A DNA stretch of 32,000 nucleotides, taken from contig NZ_LT934425.1 in assembly GCF_900232105.1 (NCBI RefSeq), forward strand, positions 3,510,001-3,542,000, given 5' to 3'. The stretch comes from Candidatus Kuenenia stuttgartensis (GTDB lineage Bacteria > Planctomycetota > Brocadiia > Brocadiales > Brocadiaceae). The notes under the pieces are model-generated. The model had not been told where the DNA came from. It was given only the letters and a program-made list of their open reading frames with translations, and did no database searches. Both the position numbers and the translations under genes were made by a program. Shown one piece after another: positions 26,351-32,000 of the stretch; position 1 is the first letter of the stretch, and each line of letters begins with the position of its first letter.

Positions 26351-27568
26351 ATGAAAAGCTCAAAACAAATAATAAAAACAGCGATGTATATTTTAGGTTT
26401 CACCGCATTGATTAGCGGCTGGCAAGGTAAAGGCATACACGCAGATGATCTGGTGGATAAGTTGGCGATAGACCAGCAAACCCACCGCAGGGTCAGCCGC
26501 ACAGGTGTTGTTGCAGTTGACAGGGAAAAAGCGGCTATGGGATATATTCTTTTTACTCCAATGAATAATACCTGCGGCGAAGTATTTCTTATTGATACGA
26601 ATGACGGCAAGGTGGTGCATCAGTGGAATTTGCCTTATGCCCCAGGTGTGTATGGCTATTTACTGCCGAATGGCAATCTTTTCTATAACGGGCAGGTTGA
26701 GGATGACGGCGCCTGGGATCTGTGGCCAAACTGGAACAGTTTTAAAGGGGGCATTATGATGGAAGTGGACTGGAAAGGAAATATTGTATGGGAGCTTCGC
26801 AATCCCTACCATCACCATGACGGCAGGCGTACTTCTTCCGGAGGCGCCATTTACCTGGCGGTGGAAAAACTGTCAGAGGAGATAAGAGACCAGGTACAAG
26901 GGGGGACTGAAGGTTCCAGCAAAAAAGGCGATATGTGGGCGGATATTATTATAGAGGTAGATGCGAATGGAAGTCAGGTATGGAAGTGGCATGCGAAGGA
27001 TCACCTTGATTTTGATACGGATGTTATTCAATCAAATTGCCCCAGGGATGAATGGACGCACGCAAATGCCGTTGTCCCGTTAGAAGATGACAACCAGGTA
27101 ATGGTGAGTTTTAGAAATATCTCTACCGTTGGAATTATTGACAAGAATACCGGGAAATTTGTCTGGAAGCTCGGACACTCTGTCTTTGCCCAGCAACATG
27201 ACCCACGCATCCTTAAGAATGGCAATATACTTGTATTCGATAACGGACAGCAACGGAAGTCTGAACCCGTCCCCTATTCCAGAGTAATAGAACTAAACCG
27301 GGATACAAAAGAGATTGTGTGGCGATACCGTGATGTGCCGGCAATTAATTTTTTCAGCCCTACAATATCGGGGGCGCAAAGATTATCAAACGGGAATACC
27401 CTTATCACCGAAGGGTGTTTTGGCCGCATATTTCAGGTAACATCCGACAAGGAAGTGGTATGGGAATATGTAAGTCCTTATTTTTATGCGAATAAAGAAG
27501 ATGTGATTGATAATTCCATTTTTAAAGCCACATTTTATACCGCAGAGGAAATTCCTAATTTACGATAA
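26351..27568 (+). CDS. arylsulfotransferase (ASST)-like beta-propeller protein, secreted
   Basis: It has an N-terminal hydrophobic signal. Motifs 'WTHANAVVPL..DNQVMVSFRNISTVGIIDKNTGKFVWKLG', 'QQHDPRILKNGNILVFDNG' and 'GAQRLSNGNTLITEG' fit the remembered ASST pattern. GGAG precedes the ATG. Confidence 0.65.
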   Translation: MKSSKQIIKTAMYILGFTALISGWQGKGIHADDLVDKLAIDQQTHRRVSRTGVVAVDREKAAMGYILFTPMNNTCGEVFLIDTNDGKVVHQWNLPYAPGVYGYLLPNGNLFYNGQVEDDGAWDLWPNWNSFKGGIMMEVDWKGNIVWELRNPYHHHDGRRTSSGGAIYLAVEKLSEEIRDQVQGGTEGSSKKGDMWADIIIEVDANGSQVWKWHAKDHLDFDTDVIQSNCPRDEWTHANAVVPLEDDNQVMVSFRNISTVGIIDKNTGKFVWKLGHSVFAQQHDPRILKNGNILVFDNGQQRKSEPVPYSRVIELNRDTKEIVWRYRDVPAINFFSPTISGAQRLSNGNTLITEGCFGRIFQVTSDKEVVWEYVSPYFYANKEDVIDNSIFKATFYTAEEIPNLR

Positions 27569-27604
27569 CATAGTAGGGACATGGCATGCCATGTCCCTAC
27601 TATG
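27569..27604. terminator. perfect 36-bp palindrome (catagtagggacatggca|tgccatgtccctactatg) directly after the stop codon
   Basis: The exact reverse-complement symmetry was read directly. It begins 1 nt after TAA 27566-27568. No T-tract follows, so terminator function is an inference. It contains the GTAG...CTAC head and tail. Confidence 0.45.
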
Positions 27605-27632
27605 CAAGAACCCGAGGAGGGGAATTTTTGAG

Positions 27633-30632
27633 ATGAAGAACAGGAACGTTGCGTTGGCATTTTTGATATGCATTGCACTATGGGTGTTTTCTTTTAAACA
27701 GGTATGTTTAGCGGCTGAGAAATTTGATATACAAACGCCTGTTTCCAAAGATGAATTGTTTGGTGGGAGCGGACAGCAAACAAAGGACAAAAAAGCCGTT
27801 GAAAAGATTGTGAAAATGGAGACGCCTTTCATTGTCAACAAGGGGCAGCAGGATGAACGGGTGGCATTTTATGCGCACATCTTCTGCGGCACAGTGTTTG
27901 TCACAAAAGACGGAGAAATGGTGTATGTATTGCCGGAGCATCAAAGAAAACAGGCATTAAGCGCGCGTAAGGCGAAAAACAAGACGACTCCCCCTGATTT
28001 CTCCGAAACAATTGAGAAAAGTTCCGGCAAGAAAGGCATTGCCGGTGAAAAGAGGGGGCTTTTCATTCTCCGGGAAAAACTTGCGGGCAGTGCCCTATCC
28101 GGAATACGAGGGGAAGAAGAGGTGGCAGCGAAGATCAATTATTTTAAGGGGGATGACGCTGGGAAATGGATGTCCGCAATTTCAAGCTACAGGATGGTAA
28201 GTCTGGGAGAGGTATACGATGGGATAGAATTGAAATTAAAAGCGTATGGAAATGCCGTAGAAAAGCTGTTTTATGTAAAACCAGGGGCAAACCCCGACGA
28301 AATAAGGGTTTGCCTTGAAACGGCAGAAAGAAGCACATTAAAAATTAATGCTTATGGCGGGCTTGCGGTTGAAACACAAACCGGGATGGCGGCATTTTCG
28401 CGCCCTGTTGCGTATCAGATTATCAACGGCAAAAAAGTAGATGTGCCTGTGACATATTATCTTCATGAGGGTGAAAAGATATCAGACAACAGTGGGCATC
28501 GTATCGTAGAAAATAAGAAGTATGGATGGCGCAGAACGGCAAATAGTAAGGGTGCTAAACCTGTATTTGCGAACAATATAACGGAAACCGCTATTGGTGA
28601 TAAATTTATCTATGGTTTCCGAACGGCTAATTTTGACAGGTCAAAGGAACTCGTCATTGACCCTATTATTTCATCTACTTTTTTGGGAGGTTATTCTGAC
28701 GAAGAGTGCAGGTCTTTGGGAGTGGACTCAAATGATAATGTGTTTGTTCTTGGAGTAACAATGTCAGATGACTTTCCTGTGACAGATGATGCATATGCAA
28801 CCTCTTCCAGCGGTAATAAAGATGTTTTTATCTCAAAATTCAGCAATGACCTGACGAGTCTTCTTGCTTCAACATATCTTGGCGGTTCTAATACTGAAGA
28901 TGCCCATGCACTGGCGATTGGTTCAGGCGACAACGTTTACATAACGGGCTTTACTTATTCAAAAGATTTTCCTGTAACGGGAGATGCGTATGACGCCTCG
29001 TATTCCGGCGGTGATGCCTTTGTGTCGAAGTTGAGCGGCGATCTTGGCAGTTTATTGGCGTCAACATATCTGGGCGGGTCGTATAGTGAAGAAGCCCGCT
29101 CGCTGGCGCTTGATATAAACGGCAATGTATATGTAGCGGGCATGACCTCCTCTACTAACTTTCCCACCACCGAAGGCGCTTACGATACATCGTCTTCGGG
29201 CTTATACAGAGATGTTTTTATCACAAAATTCGATGATGGTTTAAACAGTTTGCTTGCCTCGACATATCTGGGCGGGTCAGAGTATGACGGAGCCTATTCA
29301 CTGGCGCTTGATGTAAGTAATAATGTGTATGTAACGGGCATTACCAAATCAGAAGACTTTCCGGTGACTGACGACGTTTTTGACGAATCATTTAACGGCA
29401 GTGCGGATGCGTTTCTCTCGAAATTCAACAGCGATCTGACCAGTCTGCTTGCTTCAACATATATTGGCGGATATGATTATGACGGCGCTTATTCATTGGC
29501 GCTGGATTCAAGCGGAAACGTATATATAACAGGTTATACAGGTTCAACAGAGTCCGCGGATTTTCCCACAACTGCCGGCGCGTATGATTCGTCTTATTAT
29601 GGGGGAGACGTCTTTGTATCGAAGTTTAATGATGATTTAACCAGTCTGCTTGCTTCAACCTATCTTGGCGGCTCGGATTATGAAGAGGCGTATGCATTAG
29701 TAACAGATGCTGAGGATAATGTGTATGTAACTGGCATTACCAAATCAGAAGACTTTCCTACAACTGCTAACGTTTTTGACGAATCATTTAACGGCGGTGC
29801 GGATGTGTTTATTTCGAAATTCAACAGCGATCTGACCAGTCTGCTTGCTTCAACGTATCTTGGTGGGGCGGATGATGATAAATCCCTCGCGATGGTTTTG
29901 GGTGCTGCCGGAGGCGTGTATATTGCAGGTTCAACGTATTCGAATGATTTCCCGGTCACAGAAGCAGCATATAGCGCCGGTTTTAATAGTGAGTTGGGCA
30001 ATGCATTCATATCACGATTCGACAGCTCACTTTCGGTAAGCGGGGAAGTAACTACGGGCGAGGCGTCATATATAACCGTTGAATCGGCTACATTGCACGG
30101 GACAATTAATGCCGCCGGACTGTCAACGATAGCATGGTTTGAGTATGGAACGGTGAGCGGTTCTTATGATAATACAACAGAAGAACTAACGGTTGGCGGA
30201 TATGAGGATGTTTCTATAAATAGTAGTGTCAGTAGCCTGAGTTTCAGTACAACGTATTATTACCGGCTGGTAGCAAAAAACAGCGTTGGGACGTTATACG
30301 GAAGTGAAATGTCATTCAAAACATCAGCGCAGTGTAAGAGAGAGACTGTATCTGCGGATCAGCAGATTATGGAAATTGCCCGCACTTCTTCCGCACCGGT
30401 TACGATAACAGTTGCATGTAATGGTGGCGACCCTCGCTATGGTGTGCTGCTAATCTGGGAAATCATAAAGGGTGGAAACAATATTTCCATATCTCCCGAA
30501 AATGCAATCACAGATGATAATGGACAGGCTGTGTTTACGATTGAGGGCGTAAAGAGAGGAAATGCAACGGCAAGGTTTGTGTCAAGCGACTCAAATAGTA
30601 AGGCAAAAGTTAAAGTAAGAGTAACTCGATAG
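27633..30632 (+). CDS. secreted SBBP-repeat beta-propeller protein with C-terminal FN3-like and bacterial Ig-like domains
   Basis: The ATG at 27633 follows GAGGAGGGG. The signal peptide is 'MKNRNVALAFLICIALWVFSFKQVCLAAE'. There are seven ~65-aa repeats of the form 'STYLGGS..D.A..LA.D..GNVY.TG.T.S.DFP.T..A.D.S..G..D.F.SKF...L.SLLA'. The C-terminus carries 'YYYRLVAKNSVG' (FN3-like) and 'ITDDNGQAVFTIEGVKRGNA' (Big-like). The ORF-track start at 27507 overlaps the previous gene and the palindrome. Confidence 0.88.
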   Translation: MKNRNVALAFLICIALWVFSFKQVCLAAEKFDIQTPVSKDELFGGSGQQTKDKKAVEKIVKMETPFIVNKGQQDERVAFYAHIFCGTVFVTKDGEMVYVLPEHQRKQALSARKAKNKTTPPDFSETIEKSSGKKGIAGEKRGLFILREKLAGSALSGIRGEEEVAAKINYFKGDDAGKWMSAISSYRMVSLGEVYDGIELKLKAYGNAVEKLFYVKPGANPDEIRVCLETAERSTLKINAYGGLAVETQTGMAAFSRPVAYQIINGKKVDVPVTYYLHEGEKISDNSGHRIVENKKYGWRRTANSKGAKPVFANNITETAIGDKFIYGFRTANFDRSKELVIDPIISSTFLGGYSDEECRSLGVDSNDNVFVLGVTMSDDFPVTDDAYATSSSGNKDVFISKFSNDLTSLLASTYLGGSNTEDAHALAIGSGDNVYITGFTYSKDFPVTGDAYDASYSGGDAFVSKLSGDLGSLLASTYLGGSYSEEARSLALDINGNVYVAGMTSSTNFPTTEGAYDTSSSGLYRDVFITKFDDGLNSLLASTYLGGSEYDGAYSLALDVSNNVYVTGITKSEDFPVTDDVFDESFNGSADAFLSKFNSDLTSLLASTYIGGYDYDGAYSLALDSSGNVYITGYTGSTESADFPTTAGAYDSSYYGGDVFVSKFNDDLTSLLASTYLGGSDYEEAYALVTDAEDNVYVTGITKSEDFPTTANVFDESFNGGADVFISKFNSDLTSLLASTYLGGADDDKSLAMVLGAAGGVYIAGSTYSNDFPVTEAAYSAGFNSELGNAFISRFDSSLSVSGEVTTGEASYITVESATLHGTINAAGLSTIAWFEYGTVSGSYDNTTEELTVGGYEDVSINSSVSSLSFSTTYYYRLVAKNSVGTLYGSEMSFKTSAQCKRETVSADQQIMEIARTSSAPVTITVACNGGDPRYGVLLIWEIIKGGNNISISPENAITDDNGQAVFTIEGVKRGNATARFVSSDSNSKAKVKVRVTR

Positions 30633-30636
30633 TGTA

Positions 30637-30666
30637 AGGTCAGAGGTCAGAAGTCAGAAGTCAGAG
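30637..30666. repeat. tandem heptamer (aggtcag aggtcag aagtcag aagtcag ag)
   Basis: Four head-to-tail 7-nt units lie in the convergent intergenic region between the propeller gene and folD. Confidence 0.8.
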
Positions 30667-30714
30667 ATCCATGTTTTTCGCGGACCTCCAACCTCCGGAT
30701 GAAAGCGTAATTTT

Positions 30715-31626
30715 CTATTTTATCCCCAGTTTAAACTTCAAAGACCTGAGGGTATTTCTCATAAGCATTGTAATGGTCATAGGGCCTACTCCTCCGGGAA
30801 CAGGGGTAATAAATCCTGCAATTTCACTCGCCGCTTCAAAATCAACATCTCCTTTTAAAAGAGCAACCATCTTGTTTGGGTCGTTCTTGCTGGGTTTTTC
30901 GCCTACCCTGTTCACCCCCACATCAATTACACACGCGCCAGGTTTAATCCATTCAGGTTTTACCAGTCCGGGAACTCCTGCGGCAACAATAAGGACGTCT
31001 GCGCGTTTGCAGTGTTCCGCCATATTTCTTGTTTGTGTATGGACTATTGTTACCGTAGCGTCCGCCCCTTTCCCTTTCTGAAGCATCATATTCGCGATTG
31101 GTTTTCCCACAATGTTAGAACGCCCAACCACAACCACCTCAGCGCCGCGGGTTTCAACGCCAGACCGTACAATCAATTCCTGAATGCCGGCGGGGGTGCA
31201 GGGCGGGAATTTTACCTCATTGCCTCCGATCATAAGACGTCCGACATTTACAGGATGAAACCCATCAACATCCTTGTCCGGATCAATGGCATTAAGCACC
31301 TTCTTTTCATCAATATGTTTCGGGAGTGGAAGCTGTACAAGGATGCCGTGAATTGAATCGTCGTGGTTGTACTTTTCAATAAGGGCGAGAAGGTCCTTTT
31401 CTGAAATATCCGCCGGTTGTGAATCCTGCACCTCTTTAAAACCAACCCGGTGAGCGGTTTTGATTTTTAAGGTTACATACGACATGGATGCCGGGTTTTC
31501 TCCGACAAGGATTGTTACCAGGCCTGGAACAACGCCGTGTTTCTTCTTTATTTCCGCTACTTCACCGGTAATTTCCTCTAATATTTGTTCACCAATCTCT
31601 GTACCTTTAATTAATTTTGCGGACAT
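30715..31626 (-). CDS. folD: bifunctional methylenetetrahydrofolate dehydrogenase (NADP+)/methenyl-THF cyclohydrolase
   Basis: 'PGLVTILVGENPAS.SYV..K', 'HGILVQLPLP.HID', 'DKDVDGFHP.N.G', 'CTPAGI.EL', 'VVVGRSNIVGKP' and 'PGGVGPMTI.ML' are classical FolD blocks. AAGGAGAG lies 10 nt upstream of the ATG. Confidence 0.95.
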   Translation of the reverse strand: MSAKLIKGTEIGEQILEEITGEVAEIKKKHGVVPGLVTILVGENPASMSYVTLKIKTAHRVGFKEVQDSQPADISEKDLLALIEKYNHDDSIHGILVQLPLPKHIDEKKVLNAIDPDKDVDGFHPVNVGRLMIGGNEVKFPPCTPAGIQELIVRSGVETRGAEVVVVGRSNIVGKPIANMMLQKGKGADATVTIVHTQTRNMAEHCKRADVLIVAAGVPGLVKPEWIKPGACVIDVGVNRVGEKPSKNDPNKMVALLKGDVDFEAASEIAGFITPVPGGVGPMTITMLMRNTLRSLKFKLGIK

Positions 31627-32000
31627 GACAATACACTCTCCTTTCAGCTATATACAATAAAAAACAAGTTTTAACTTTTAAAAAACTAAAGCGTTACAAA
31701 TACTGTGAATCCTGAACCCGCCTTGAATATCTCATTGATTTTACAGTGGTTATAATGCGTTTGCACTGCAAAATGACACAACAGGTTCTTTTTTGAGGAG
31801 TTAGAATGATAGTAAAACACACAGGGAAATACAACTTTTTTTCGCCATTTTTCTGTGATTTACAACGTCAGATATTCAATGTATGGAAAAACACGTGTTT
31901 CAGCAAAGCCGGTGAGGGAATCAATCTGCCGTAAGGTGGGTGAGACGAATAAAGTGGATTATTTTAAGCTGCGGTTCGATTCTTGACAAGGGGGTATCTT

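Noticed and set aside
28650-30050. The periodic ~195-nt DNA repeats might have been a CRISPR-like or satellite array.
   Set aside because: The periodicity is fully explained by the in-frame SBBP protein repeats. There are no short identical direct repeats with unique spacers anywhere in the window.
31973-31982. The sequence ggttcgattc resembles a tRNA T-loop near the right edge of the window.
   Set aside because: The flanking bases (tgcgg / cttga) cannot form a T-stem, and no acceptor or anticodon arms can be drawn.

Overview
This is a 32-kb bacterial chromosomal window with Gram-negative-type envelope genes. The taxon cannot be assigned from the sequence alone. The window is gene-dense except for a repeat-filled stretch of about 2 kb (21.8-23.7 kb). 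From left to right it contains six blocks. (1) A decaying defence-type locus: a 5'-partial PLD-tail/SNF2 helicase ORF, a RhuM ORF, a Doc-type Fic ORF separated from RhuM by one in-frame TAG, and a gamma-class N6-adenine methyltransferase. The methyltransferase is frameshifted and is cut off before its catalytic NPPY motif exactly at a GTAG...CTAC palindrome. (2) A CusR/CusS-like two-component system. (3) A long minus-strand block: metallophosphoesterase, PMT/ArnT-family glycosyltransferase, a 47-codon relic of an RND C-terminus, a tightly coupled OMF-MFP-RND efflux operon, then ICMT-like membrane methyltransferase, CmoA and a LAB_N small membrane protein (translationally coupled), and a second ArnT-like glycosyltransferase. 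(4) The ORF-poor region, which holds a MITE-like element and a GIY-YIG gene relic inside long inverted repeats. (5) A secreted hypothetical protein, stand-alone CoaB, an ASST-like beta-propeller, and a 999-aa secreted SBBP-repeat propeller protein. (6) folD. Several small repeat families recur: a ~100-bp TIR element with a C5TT/AAG5 hairpin core, GTAG-headed palindromes, a 23-bp-TIR element, and a 24-nt exact repeat. No rRNA, tRNA or CRISPR array was recognised. The two leads most worth follow-up are the CmoA-ICMT-LAB_N coupling and the helicase/dead-methyltransferase locus. All functional calls come from by-eye motif recognition and remembered family signatures; no database searches were run.
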